From a virus (taxonomy: Duplodnaviria > Caudoviricetes), in the IMG/VR virus record IMGVR_UViG_3300005529_000008, positions 1,739 through 65,738 of that record: a stretch of 64,000 bases of DNA; one strand, 5' to 3'. Positions 18,068-27,763 of the stretch are shown piece by piece (position 1 is the stretch's first letter; each line of letters opens with the position of its first letter). The translations under genes were made by a program, and so were the position numbers. The notes beneath the pieces were generated by a model. It was not told where the DNA came from, searched no databases, and saw only the letters and a list, made by a program, of their open reading frames with translations.

Positions 18068-19114
18068 CTAAAAACCCTGCTCTTGAAGCTGGGCGTGATA
18101 TTCCAACGCGCCTGTGTGAAAAATATGTCCCACATCAAACGCTTCCTTCTCCTCTCGCGTCTCGCCCTCGCTCAACCGTCTCCACAGCTCGGGGCACTGT
18201 TGTAAATTCTCAAATGAACTTGCTGAAAGTATCACATGGTCACGATACTCGTCAAGCGCGATTCGTCCCGATTTAATAAGAAATTGCACCACTGCGTTCG
18301 AACCGGGTGAAAGTCCCGCGCCGGGGGCCGCGCATTCAGTCAACGCAACCTCGCCCGTTTGACATGCGCGTAAAAACTGGCACGGAAATTCCTTGAAACC
18401 AAATTTTTTAATACACTGTTGGCCAACTAACTGCCACGGCACTAGTTGCGTGGCGCGTCTTGCCCGAATCGCAGCGGCCTCATTCCGATACGCATTCAGC
18501 GCCGCATCAATACGGCGGTCGAGTACCGTAACGAACGCGCCGGCGGGCGTGGGCCAGATTTGGGGAGGCTTGGATTTTGAAACGGCGCGGAGGAGGATGC
18601 GCGGCGAGGTAACGTTTGGCGTCCACACCAAACCACCCTTTTCGTACCCAATCGCGAAACGTGTGATATCTCTTTCGCTAGGAGGGGCAGGACCGTCACA
18701 ATCAACCACGGCCCAATTCGGTAACCGCTCCTGCGCGATAATAAATGACCCGCGCTGCAACGCCGCCGCATACGTCGCCACCTGATGACCCCCGGCGAGT
18801 TGATCGTACCACCGCTCGGGCGTCCACGTTTTAGACCCCGCGCTCGTAGTTTTCATCTCTTCAAGCAAAACACCTTCCTCATCTAACATCACCCGATCGC
18901 ACGCCCCCACCACCCACGTTTTCGGGCCGAGCGGGATGTAGAAACCAGCTTCGAGTAGGAGGGTGCGGTAGGCTTGGTCGTGTGCTACGCACTGCTCCAC
19001 CCATGCATCTACTAACTCCGCGCCCAATTCGGTCGCGGCGGCAGGTAAGCGCTGCGAGGTGATTGCATTGAAGATTTTTTCCGAATTTATTTGAGGTGTT
19101 ATCATCACGCCCAT
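18068..19114 (-). CDS. PD-(D/E)xK Cas4/RecB-like exonuclease, apparently circularly permuted
   Basis: E..F, G..DR, EMKTT, Q..TY and three Cys; the normally N-terminal LSASS.....CP...G..FH segment lies at the C-terminus. Confidence 0.75.
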   Translation of the reverse strand: MGVMITPQINSEKIFNAITSQRLPAAATELGAELVDAWVEQCVAHDQAYRTLLLEAGFYIPLGPKTWVVGACDRVMLDEEGVLLEEMKTTSAGSKTWTPERWYDQLAGGHQVATYAAALQRGSFIIAQERLPNWAVVDCDGPAPPSERDITRFAIGYEKGGLVWTPNVTSPRILLRAVSKSKPPQIWPTPAGAFVTVLDRRIDAALNAYRNEAAAIRARRATQLVPWQLVGQQCIKKFGFKEFPCQFLRACQTGEVALTECAAPGAGLSPGSNAVVQFLIKSGRIALDEYRDHVILSASSFENLQQCPELWRRLSEGETREEKEAFDVGHIFHTGALEYHAQLQEQGF

Positions 19115-19325
19115 TCCTCAAGGATGGTCGCCGCAAACACTTCCCGGAAGCGCGGGTCATCGTACTCAATTAATTCGCCATTTTCTGTCCTAATTGCGCC
19201 CACATTCGCGTAATCTCTTTGCGCTATAACCTTAGCTGTGTTTTTATCCATCTACTTCTCCTTCCAGCCGCAAGTGCGACACTTCTTACCGTTCCATAAC
19301 TCACCACACATGGGACAATTTACTC

Positions 19326-21119
19326 TCACCCTTGCACCGCCTTTTTAACTTTCTCCTTCAAATCGTTGTATAGACCGTAATTGCGTAGCGAATCGGCGCG
19401 GTAACTATCTCGCTCTTTCCGCACCGCTGCGCACTGCCCCTGCCAACTCTTCACGTCGTTTTCGAGTTTCTTGACCTTCTCCTTAAACTCAACTTGTTTT
19501 TTATCATCTTCAATCGATCTTCTCGAAGCTTCTTCTAAAAGTAAACGAAGCGCCGCAACACTCGCGCCTACTTCGCGCAACTTCCTCTCCGCCTCGTCCT
19601 GGCGGACCCACGGGGTTTCTTGTTGGATGAGGCGCGCGGCCCACGAGAAATTGGCAGAGGATAAAACTTCTTGTGGCGCAACACGCAATCGCACGATATA
19701 GCGCGAGTCAGGCGGACGGCAGCTTTTCGCGGATAAAACGTAACTTCGTCTATCTTCGCCCACATAATATTCCCCTTCCTGCGGAGGGCGGAATTCGCCG
19801 GTGAGTACATACTTGTCCGAAATCTTCGGCGCGACATTGGAGGTGTCGCAGGGGTGTTGGCCGGGGAAGGCGGGGGTTTTTGCGGGCGTGTTGTAACACG
19901 AGCGCGGGTCGAAGCTTGAAACTTGTGGCGCGTATTTCTGCGCGGTCTCTCCACAATCGCACTGCTCTGACCAGCCGCGAGAACATATACAGTTTTTATT
20001 TGATACGGTGCGGCGCAAGATCCACCTTTTTAACGGAGTCTCACAGTTACCCTCGCAAGGTCCACACAAATAAGGCGGATTGTCGGGCGAACCGTCCATT
20101 TTCGAACGTAGCCAATACTCACCTTTCTGCACGACTCGCCACTCCCCCGTCGATTCCCACCCGTCCGGCACCGTGACGCCGAAGGGTTTGAGCACATCAC
20201 ATTCAATAACGGACTCCTCCGATGCCCACTGTGACGCACCGACTTCCGCGTTCCAATCGCGGGAATCCTTCACCCACTCCCCCCTTCTCGCGCGCCGCTT
20301 TTCGCCCGTCCGCACAAACAACTGTCCCTCCGGCGCCAGATGTTCAAAGCCGGATAGCGGGGGGAAAGCTTCGATGAGTATGGAACGCGCCGCGTTTGAA
20401 CTCATAAAATCCGTCCACTCTCCCCAAACATCGCCCGCAGGCGAAAGCCAATAATCACCTTTACTCAACTTACGAAACTCGCCCGATTCCACAAATAGCT
20501 TCCCATCGTAGCGGTAAGTTTTAGACACGGCTGTCTCGGCAACTTTCCTCGCCACATTTGTGGCCGGAGACGTTACACCCTTCACAACATCATCAATCTC
20601 GCGTACAATTCGACACGGCTGATTACCGGTTTCGCGTTCACTTTGAGCTTTAACAATATAGCCGGGAGTTGTAACATACCAACCGCGTGCTATATAAAAC
20701 TCCCCGACTCTCGGCACCCTCCACTCCCCCGTCGCCTCATACTTCGCGGGGGGCGTGGGTGGTGTAAGCGGCTCGACATACTCGCGCAGGATTTCGCGCA
20801 GGAGAGATAATTTACTTGTGACGCAGCGTGCGGGCCCGCACACTACCCCGCCGGGATCGCTTAACCAAAAATCGCCTTCCTGCAATAACCGGCGAGTGCC
20901 CGTACTCACATACTTCTTATCGCCACGCGTGTAAATCTGTTCGAAAGGCCGCAAAATTACCCTCTCAAACGAAGTCGCCCACGGCCCGTGTTTCTGCGCG
21001 AACCCACTCTCCGCAACGAACCACTCGTTGTATTGGGGAATACGATACTCGCCTGTCGCGACGAATCTGTACGGCCCCGCACCATCATTCGCAAAATATG
21101 TGTAAATTTTCTCTGACAT
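19326..21119 (-). CDS. protein with seven TGE(W/F/Y)R...G(E/D)-aromatic repeats and a C-terminal coiled coil
   Basis: seven copies of a ~40-45 aa module; start at MSEKIY behind a GGAGAG RBS. Confidence 0.75.
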   Translation of the reverse strand: MSEKIYTYFANDGAGPYRFVATGEYRIPQYNEWFVAESGFAQKHGPWATSFERVILRPFEQIYTRGDKKYVSTGTRRLLQEGDFWLSDPGGVVCGPARCVTSKLSLLREILREYVEPLTPPTPPAKYEATGEWRVPRVGEFYIARGWYVTTPGYIVKAQSERETGNQPCRIVREIDDVVKGVTSPATNVARKVAETAVSKTYRYDGKLFVESGEFRKLSKGDYWLSPAGDVWGEWTDFMSSNAARSILIEAFPPLSGFEHLAPEGQLFVRTGEKRRARRGEWVKDSRDWNAEVGASQWASEESVIECDVLKPFGVTVPDGWESTGEWRVVQKGEYWLRSKMDGSPDNPPYLCGPCEGNCETPLKRWILRRTVSNKNCICSRGWSEQCDCGETAQKYAPQVSSFDPRSCYNTPAKTPAFPGQHPCDTSNVAPKISDKYVLTGEFRPPQEGEYYVGEDRRSYVLSAKSCRPPDSRYIVRLRVAPQEVLSSANFSWAARLIQQETPWVRQDEAERKLREVGASVAALRLLLEEASRRSIEDDKKQVEFKEKVKKLENDVKSWQGQCAAVRKERDSYRADSLRNYGLYNDLKEKVKKAVQG

Positions 21120-21144
21120 TTTTTCTCTCCAGAAAGTTGTTTTG

Positions 21145-21375
21145 TTATTTTGAGGAGGCGCTACTCGAACTCTTAAACAACGCAGCACACAACACCGCCA
21201 ATCCCCACGCTTGCCACACCGTCACATGCGCATGACCGAATATGAGGGTACGGAAGGATTCACTTAGTAGCCTATTTAACAACCACATCACGGGGAGCGA
21301 GAAGATAAGACCGAGCATGATAATACTCGCACCAAACACCACCGCCGCGCCCACGATTTTCAAAAAAGTGTCCAT
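21145..21375 (-). CDS. small membrane protein
   Basis: two hydrophobic segments; GGAG RBS; TTGACA promoter upstream. Confidence 0.6.
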   Translation of the reverse strand: MDTFLKIVGAAVVFGASIIMLGLIFSLPVMWLLNRLLSESFRTLIFGHAHVTVWQAWGLAVLCAALFKSSSSASSK

Positions 21376-21433
21376 TACGATTTCCTCCGATAAAGTTGTG
21401 ATAGGGGAAGGGTATCAGGATGGTGGGAGGGTG

Positions 21434-21775
21434 TCAAGTAATATTTTCAAATTTTTTACAGAGCTTAGCCGCAATAGATTTCGGCCCGAGAATCCGTGTT
21501 AACGTCATCACGCTTAAAATATCTTCCCGTTCGGGTTTCCAACCTAAACCCAAAGCCTTACTCATACACCGAAGACACTTATCTTGAATAAATAAATCCA
21601 GCGACCAACCATGCGGGGGACGTAGACCGCAAAGGGCTGTCGAACCTTTTAACTCGTGAAACTGAGATTTATCTGTGAAAAACGTGTGAAGCTTCCAGCC
21701 TGTTTGTCCGGCATCGTAACCCGTTGCCGGTCTGCGCGGATTAGCTTGGGTGGTAAACCATTGTAACGATTTCAT
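21434..21775 (-). CDS. hypothetical protein (ALCG...C..C Zn-binding pattern)
   Basis: ATGA-coupled to the helicase gene. Confidence 0.55.
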   Translation of the reverse strand: MKSLQWFTTQANPRRPATGYDAGQTGWKLHTFFTDKSQFHELKGSTALCGLRPPHGWSLDLFIQDKCLRCMSKALGLGWKPEREDILSVMTLTRILGPKSIAAKLCKKFENIT

Positions 21776-23037
21776 TTCAAAATACTACCATACCCCGCCG
21801 ACCGATTCAACCCCAAAAAGTCTTCACGAAGTCGCCACTCGCAATCGTCCCCGCCAAAACTGGGCGACGCGACACGCTCCACCGCTCCCAACGCTTCCAA
21901 CTCTTCAAGATTGTACCTAACCGTCCCCTGCGGCACCTTATTACGTTTCGCCAGATCCGCAACCGATATTGTCTCCCCCGCGACCATATGTTCCAATACC
22001 ACCAACCTGCGCAGCGGCACCGAGTCCCTGGCGACACGTTTCGCAAGTCGCAGGTCATCGTCACATACCTCTCCATTCCACACCGAGGCGTGTGCGCGGA
22101 CGATGAGCGATAACGACTTGTGAACGCGCCCTGGCTCCTCACATCCCGGCACCTCCACGATCTCCCCGCCCTTCGCGCGGGAGACTTGTGGCCGTAGTGT
22201 CGCCACCAGCTCGGCCAACGCCGCAAGTTGCTTGAGTTGCGCCACATTTAAACTGGGGAGAGAAAGTCGCACGCCGGGGGCTGCCACCCTCGAACATACA
22301 ACCTCCCTCCCCAGTGCTGCGGTCGTCTTCGCAATTTCTTCCTCGTGCCCCTGTTGCTCGCCGGCTTTTACCGCCAGTGCTTCACCGCCCGAACGGGGCC
22401 AACGCACCGTGAGAAACCTCTCCCCCATATCTCGTTGCACCGACCACGCCTTTTCCAGCGCCGGGGTACACGCCGCAAGCACAGTAACTTTACCCTTCCA
22501 ATGGTACTCACCCACACCCGTGCGACGTTTGAACTCCCCATCGTACACCTCGCGCAGTTGCCCCACGATTTCAGCACGGCTTTGGTCGTTCATTGTGAGT
22601 ATGGTCGTAAAATCCTTGAACATTACAATCCCGTCGCCGCCTTTTGCAATTGCGTCCACAAGCAAGCCTTGTGGCACTGCGGAGTAAAACGAGAGCAAGC
22701 TGTGTTGAGTTAACGCGCCTTCAACGAAGGTCTTAGGCACAGCGCTAGCAGATTTGATTAAAAGTGCAGTTTTCCCAGAGCCGGACGGACCTACAAAAAA
22801 GCACCAACAGGGTTCTGGTTGATTGGAACGATGCGCGATGACGCACGACAACAGAATTTCCACCGCTTCCAGATCGGGCCGGTAGAACCATTTCTCCGCA
22901 TGGGCGCAGAACTTGCGCCAGGTTTCGCGGGCGGTTTGTATATGGGAAGGTAAAACGAAATCTTCAATAACGAAGTTGTCAATTTGACAAATGGGAGGCG
23001 CGACTATAACGTCCGTGGCAGCGGAGAGATCGGGCAT
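21772..23037 (-). CDS. AAA+ (MCM/SF3-like) replicative helicase with C-terminal winged HTH
   Basis: GPSGSGKT Walker A, FKDFTT, LREVYDG, ERF arginine finger; C-terminal SVADLA....QGTVRYNLEEL. Confidence 0.75.
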   Translation of the reverse strand: MPDLSAATDVIVAPPICQIDNFVIEDFVLPSHIQTARETWRKFCAHAEKWFYRPDLEAVEILLSCVIAHRSNQPEPCWCFFVGPSGSGKTALLIKSASAVPKTFVEGALTQHSLLSFYSAVPQGLLVDAIAKGGDGIVMFKDFTTILTMNDQSRAEIVGQLREVYDGEFKRRTGVGEYHWKGKVTVLAACTPALEKAWSVQRDMGERFLTVRWPRSGGEALAVKAGEQQGHEEEIAKTTAALGREVVCSRVAAPGVRLSLPSLNVAQLKQLAALAELVATLRPQVSRAKGGEIVEVPGCEEPGRVHKSLSLIVRAHASVWNGEVCDDDLRLAKRVARDSVPLRRLVVLEHMVAGETISVADLAKRNKVPQGTVRYNLEELEALGAVERVASPSFGGDDCEWRLREDFLGLNRSAGYGSILK

Positions 23038-23132
23038 GTTATATAGATGCTGAAAACGGAAGCCGAGTTACTCTACCGGCAAAGCGCTCTCATTTAACTT
23101 GCTCCAAAACCACCCTCGCAACTTCCCACATC

Positions 23133-23258
23133 TCACGTTGCGCACTCCATCGTGACACGCCCACCGCTTACAATCGTAATGGGGCCAGTCCATAATGGTG
23201 TAACCTGTTGCGCCCACACACCCACGCAACTCAACAGGACGAATAGAAGGGTTTTCAT
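23133..23258 (-). CDS. small secreted peptide (possibly truncated by an indel)
   Basis: MKTLLFVLLSCVGVWA|QQ signal peptide; GGAGAG RBS. Confidence 0.4.
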   Translation of the reverse strand: MKTLLFVLLSCVGVWAQQVTPLWTGPITIVSGGRVTMECAT

Positions 23259-23364
23259 AGTCTCTCCGTAAGGGCCATATTTCGTTTACAAACTCTTTTC
23301 ACCGCTTTACAAAGTCCGCGCAGCACCTTGGGAGGCACTGCGCGTTTTTGCTGCGCTGTGTTTT

Positions 23365-24093
23365 CTACTGCGCGGACAGTTCGATTATTGGCGCGGCGCT
23401 CATTAGCTCAATTAGTTTATCCGCTTGGGCCTCGCGCCATTCTTTTCTCGCTGCGGCTGCGTCTGCGGCTGCGAATGCGGCTGCGGCTGCGTCTGCGGCT
23501 GCGAATGCGGCTGCGGCTGCGTCTGCGGCTGCGAATGCGGCTGCGGATGCGGCTGCGGATGCGGATGCGTCTGCGAATGCGGCTGCGGATGCGGATGCGT
23601 CTACGCGCAACTTGTTCCAACCTTCATATTCGAGTGGATTAATTCCGGTTGCGGCCCACTCTACATACTTGTCAGCGATATCTTGAATTGCCTTTCGCGG
23701 TTTTTTCTTTTTGGCAAATTGCAAAACGCCATGTTTCGGATCGGCGAGCATCCACACTGCGAATTGTGGCCATACCATCGAAAGATCGGCGCTGGGTTGA
23801 ATCGCACCTAAGAATCGCTCCGGCCATTCTTGAGACTTGCCGTTTGAGAGTGACTCGAAAATGCCGTCTTCTAACCGTGCAAGGATTCGCGGGATTCCGA
23901 GTTCTACTTCGTAGGCCGCATGGTCGTACTTATGCAACGTGCAGCCGACTGCACAGCCTTTGCCATTCTCCCATCCCGTTCCGTGAATGAGTTCATCCGC
24001 GAGACGGTGAGCGCGGATGCGAGCAATGTAAAAATCCTTCGTCTCCTGTTTGCCGTGAAATGCGATTAGTTTTTCCATTTTTGTGCCTCCCAA
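23365..24093 (-). CDS. phage protein with Ala-rich repeat tract
   Basis: globular N-terminus (GCAVGC, LGIP..LA.LED.IFE.L) followed by AAFAAADAAA repeats. Confidence 0.75.
   Translation of the reverse strand: MGGTKMEKLIAFHGKQETKDFYIARIRAHRLADELIHGTGWENGKGCAVGCTLHKYDHAAYEVELGIPRILARLEDGIFESLSNGKSQEWPERFLGAIQPSADLSMVWPQFAVWMLADPKHGVLQFAKKKKPRKAIQDIADKYVEWAATGINPLEYEGWNKLRVDASASAAAFADASASAAASAAAFAAADAAAAAFAAADAAAAAFAAADAAAARKEWREAQADKLIELMSAAPIIELSAQ
23452..23601. repeat. 30-bp tandem repeat within a GCN-rich tract encoding poly-Ala
   Basis: GTCTGCGGCTGCGAATGCGGCTGCGGCTGC repeated about three times plus degenerate copies. Confidence 0.85.
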
Positions 24094-24158
24094 GCACTTT
24101 CATTTTCACTTTCTCACAACTTCAAAAACCTGTCAAGCAAATTCATAACGCACCGCTT

Positions 24159-24320
24159 AAATCTTAAAATTTTCTAACCGCCGCAGGAAGTCACACGGAT
24201 ATCATATATACCTTGACCTGCATAGGATTATATATAAAACAAACCACTTATCTTAGAATTTGAATTTCGCACTATATATGATATCCTGGTGAAAACCTGT
24301 GCGGATTTGTAAAGTTTAAT
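24159..24320. repeat. palindromic element A (origin- or recombination-site-like)
   Basis: arms CCGCAGGAAGTCACAC / GTGAAAACCTGTGCGG; inner 14-bp IR GGATATCATATATA; AT-rich core; homologous to 32118-32278. Confidence 0.7.
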
Positions 24321-24321
24321 C

Positions 24322-24774
24322 TTACACGTCCAATTCGGAGCTTTCGAAAAGCTCCTTCTCGAACGCATTTTTATCCACGCACGGGCCGCAAGTACAATCA
24401 AGCGAGTGTGGCGATTCGCGTAATTCTTCCCTCGGAAGATCATCTAACAAATCCACCGCCTCACGAAACCCCGGCACTAACCAGCAAGATGCGGACTCGG
24501 GCACGCCAAACCACGCGCCATTAAGAAGTGACATGAGTGTGTCAGCATCGCCCCTCGACACCGCACGATCCCATCTTTCAACGGGGTTTTCTTTCTCCCG
24601 CTGCGCAATTTCCTCCCGTATAGCCTGACACGCCTGTTCAGCCCTCGGCGCGGTGATGGTCATGGGTGTGGTGTGATGTGACGATCTACTTGCGAATGGG
24701 TACCAACTCACCACAAAGTCACGCAGCACTTCTTGAACCTCTCCAACCTTCTCTAACCACTCTTTTGTTGTCAT
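24322..24774 (-). CDS. hypothetical protein
   Basis: AAGGAG RBS; plausible composition. Confidence 0.65.
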   Translation of the reverse strand: MTTKEWLEKVGEVQEVLRDFVVSWYPFASRSSHHTTPMTITAPRAEQACQAIREEIAQREKENPVERWDRAVSRGDADTLMSLLNGAWFGVPESASCWLVPGFREAVDLLDDLPREELRESPHSLDCTCGPCVDKNAFEKELFESSELDV

Positions 24775-24897
24775 AGCGGCTCTCCTTTTCCAGATTTGAA
24801 CTTACTTAAAACTAACCCGCCAAGCTCTCTCAAACCCGGCGGGCCGTGTGATGAACGTCGCCCGAATATCTCGCAACATCCGCGCGCGTTTTGTAGG

Positions 24898-25317
24898 TTA
24901 TTTGTCGATAGGCGTGGCCCCCTTCGTGTAAAGTGTGTTCAGATACTTCTCCAACTCGCGAACCTTCATGGCGCCTTCTTCAAATGCGCCCTTTCGGCCT
25001 AAATAATATTCCAACTCATCGCATGCATCGTCAGCATTTTTCGCGCAACAATCGAAATACCGCGCCAGATCGTCAAGAGTTTTAATTTCGCGTTTCATCG
25101 TCCCACCTCGATCCACATATGGCTCGTTGCAAGTGTAATCGGTCTGGCATACCACGCGACTCTGTTCGCAAGTATGACATGTGCCCCCGTAAGTCACGCA
25201 ACCATCCGTTCGTACATCGTCGCAACCGCTTTCGGTTGAGCATGTACTTGACGTTCCCGCGTATAGTCTGGGCATCGGCGCGATTATTTCTTGTTTCAAG
25301 GTTAATTTTCTCAGCAT
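24898..25317 (-). CDS. lanthipeptide-precursor-like Cys/Ser/Thr-rich peptide read in frame into a downstream small protein (second start at 25098)
   Basis: leader MLRKLTLKQEIIA; core with 7 Cys and about 14 Ser/Thr; GAGGAG RBS; internal GAGGTG RBS + ATG for MKREIK. Confidence 0.55.
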   Translation of the reverse strand: MLRKLTLKQEIIAPMPRLYAGTSSTCSTESGCDDVRTDGCVTYGGTCHTCEQSRVVCQTDYTCNEPYVDRGGTMKREIKTLDDLARYFDCCAKNADDACDELEYYLGRKGAFEEGAMKVRELEKYLNTLYTKGATPIDK

Positions 25318-25349
25318 GAAATCTCTCCTCTCTCATCACCACGAAAATA

Positions 25350-26093
25350 CTACGCCGCTTTCCCAACCCCCGCAACACTTTTCTTCAACAGCGCGATAGT
25401 GGGGATGGTAGCGCCCAGCAGCTTGATAGCTCGTAACGTCACCTCTCGCACATACTGGGCCTGTGCGTCGGGTGTGTCGCCATGCACCTCCGCCTTGCGG
25501 ACCAAAATCTGCGCATCCCGCTCGACCGGCGCGACCTTCTCCGCTCGATTCCGAATACGCTTCAACTCTGCCACACGGGCCGTAACGACCTGCGCGACCC
25601 AGCTCCGCGCACGTTCCAACTCGCGCACGGGATCTTTCCCACCGTCGCGAGGTGGCGGGCCGACCTTGCGCGCCGCTTTAGTAAATTTACCGTACGGCGC
25701 ATCCTCGGACTCGCCGGCCAGCGCCACGCCGCCCGCCAACGCCACAGCAAGCACTAACTCGGGCAGCACCTTCCGCGCCATCTCGTACCGTTTGATGAGA
25801 CGGTCGGCGGTCTTTGCGGACAAACCAGGCACGCGGCGCAAGAATGCCATCCACAGCCCGACCGGCTTGAAGAGTTCGCGCGCTTCCAGTAACACCTCGC
25901 CCAGCGCCAACCCTGCGCGGCCAAATTTGTGCATCGCATCGCAGGTGCGTTTGAGTATCGCGGTGGCGCGCAGCTCAAACGCCGGGGGGAGCTTGGCGGG
26001 ATCTAACACAACCGCGCCTCCCTCATCTTTTGGCAACTCAACCTGCGCGGCACGCCTCTCAACATTGGTCAATTTGACAAGTTCGTTTTTCAT
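25350..26093 (-). CDS. DUF3102-like DNA-binding protein
   Basis: LGEVLLEARE....GLWMAFL....LSAKTADRLI motif; GGAGG RBS. Confidence 0.55.
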   Translation of the reverse strand: MKNELVKLTNVERRAAQVELPKDEGGAVVLDPAKLPPAFELRATAILKRTCDAMHKFGRAGLALGEVLLEARELFKPVGLWMAFLRRVPGLSAKTADRLIKRYEMARKVLPELVLAVALAGGVALAGESEDAPYGKFTKAARKVGPPPRDGGKDPVRELERARSWVAQVVTARVAELKRIRNRAEKVAPVERDAQILVRKAEVHGDTPDAQAQYVREVTLRAIKLLGATIPTIALLKKSVAGVGKAA

Positions 26094-26520
26094 AGTGGTA
26101 AAACCTCCTATTTACACACCTTGCAATTTACCTGCCGCGTGATTTTAGGGAGAAGTACCTAGGGCTAGTGGTACGTGCGTGCCAAACTTGGCGCGAAACG
26201 TGCGCAACTTATCTCCCGGCGTGCTCACCACTTTTAAAAGTAACATTCCAATCACCTCTCGCTTCAGCGCACATACCATTAGGTTTTACGTGGAACCAGT
26301 AAACCTTATTATGGTCTACCGATGTATAAGGCGATATATACGGCACGGTAGCTAAACCGCAATTTTCACATGTGAATTGTTTTGTCATACCGTCACCGCC
26401 TCCCCCTACTATGCGCACCCCACACGACCGTCGCGCGGTTGACTTTCCCCGATAGCGTGGCGCACAGCGAAAAGTATACGGCTAGCGCCAGGAGGATAAT
26501 AATGATTTTTGTTCTCGTTT

Positions 26521-26754
26521 TCATTTCGCACCTCGTTTGTGAGTCGCCTCAAATTCAGCATCGGTTTGTTCAATAAAACGTGTATTTGAATAGCCGTCCA
26601 GAGATACTTTACATTCCCCGGCATAATTATTTGGAATAGTGCTAATTGATTCGACTCTTGCACCACGTTCATCGCGTAAACCAACAGTGATATTTACAAT
26701 ACCTAGCGGTGTCTCGATATGTAAAACACCCGATTTTAAAGATATCCTCTTCAT
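26521..26754 (-). CDS. early hypothetical protein
   Basis: AAGGAG RBS; coupled ORF. Confidence 0.55.
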   Translation of the reverse strand: MKRISLKSGVLHIETPLGIVNITVGLRDERGARVESISTIPNNYAGECKVSLDGYSNTRFIEQTDAEFEATHKRGAK

Positions 26755-27245
26755 TTTATTTCTCCTTTCGAATTTATACTACCGACAAACTTCCTCGCGC
26801 CGTTCGGGTGCGCCACATCCAACGCACGTGTCATACCACTGAGAAAATACCACACCTCCGTCGTGTTGGCATCAGTAAGCAACGTCACATCCTCCAACCG
26901 GCACGAACATGTCGCGCTTTCGTATACACGCGCCGCGCACCTCTCCCCATGCGTCACATGCCGGGACCACACAACCCACGACTGGCGGCGCGGCTTGGCG
27001 GCGTGTAACTTCAAATCCACGCACCAATGCTTGCACCCGCACCCGCACACCCTGCCCCAACTCGCGCCTCTCCCACCCTCGCGCACGATCTTGTGCTCCC
27101 GGCGCTCGTGCCCGCAACTCGCACACTTGAAATAATCCTGCTCGGCTTTGGCAACTGGGGCGTGTTGTGGCGTAAGACGTAACACTAGCTCGTGCCGGAT
27201 ATTCAAGTAGGAAATTTGCGCGAGGAGAGTATTTTTGGTGATCAT
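26751..27245 (-). CDS. early hypothetical protein (Cys/His-rich)
   Basis: C..CGH...EH...C.CGC pattern; ATGA-coupled. Confidence 0.5.
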   Translation of the reverse strand: MITKNTLLAQISYLNIRHELVLRLTPQHAPVAKAEQDYFKCASCGHERREHKIVREGGRGASWGRVCGCGCKHWCVDLKLHAAKPRRQSWVVWSRHVTHGERCAARVYESATCSCRLEDVTLLTDANTTEVWYFLSGMTRALDVAHPNGARKFVGSINSKGEIK

Positions 27246-27460
27246 ATTTTCCTGCGTTTCTTCTTGTTAATCTCTGACATCAATAGCTCAACCTCCCGCC
27301 GTTGTTCCAGCGTTAAAAGTTCATTCGCCTGATAGACAGAAATTGATAGATCTTTCTCAATGACCTTAATTATCCTTTTCAAATCGCGCGCAGATGCATT
27401 TTTAATCTGCTGCGCGTATTTCTTAAAACGTTCTATATCAGCAACCGTTGAAATTTTCAC
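27242..27460 (-). CDS. early hypothetical protein
   Basis: AGGAGGAG RBS. Confidence 0.55.
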   Translation of the reverse strand: MKISTVADIERFKKYAQQIKNASARDLKRIIKVIEKDLSISVYQANELLTLEQRREVELLMSEINKKKRRKI

Positions 27461-27763
27461 CTCTCCTCCTTTTTAGTAATCATACTTCTCAAAAACCCCT
27501 TTTCTTCGTTGGTAAAGCTTGTTGCTTCATCGCTCGCGCCGTGAAGACCCTTATGCCCATCTTGCGCGCCTCTTGTTACACTCGCGGTTATTTTAAAAGG
27601 ATTATCCTCTGCATTGACCTCAACATCCCATACCCGCACCTCCAACACCTCTGGCGCATCATATAAACACGCTTCTGCCAGCACCTCACATACTGGCGCG
27701 CAACGTCCCGCGCTACTCTCTCACCGCACAAAAATTCTGAGTCAGAGAGTAGGAATGGGGATA

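Noticed and set aside
18068-19114. CRISPR-associated cas4
   Set aside because: A solo Cas4-like nuclease in an SSB/AAA recombination module, with no cas1, cas2 or array
23452-23601. Possible CRISPR array or DGR repeat
   Set aside because: Tandem coding repeat without unique spacers; no cas operon, reverse transcriptase or adenine-variable TR/VR pair seen in the window
23328-23811. ORFs with (RL/RM)n, (CG)n and (RS/RI)n repeats
   Set aside because: They are alternative-frame shadows of the GCN-rich poly-Ala tract in the real minus-strand gene 23365-24093
25399-26142. 247-aa plus-strand ORF and similar long antisense ORFs (e.g. 16869-17588, 46354-47130, 59215-59928, 62153-62956)
   Set aside because: Mirror frames of GC-rich real genes, with no RBS or recognisable motifs
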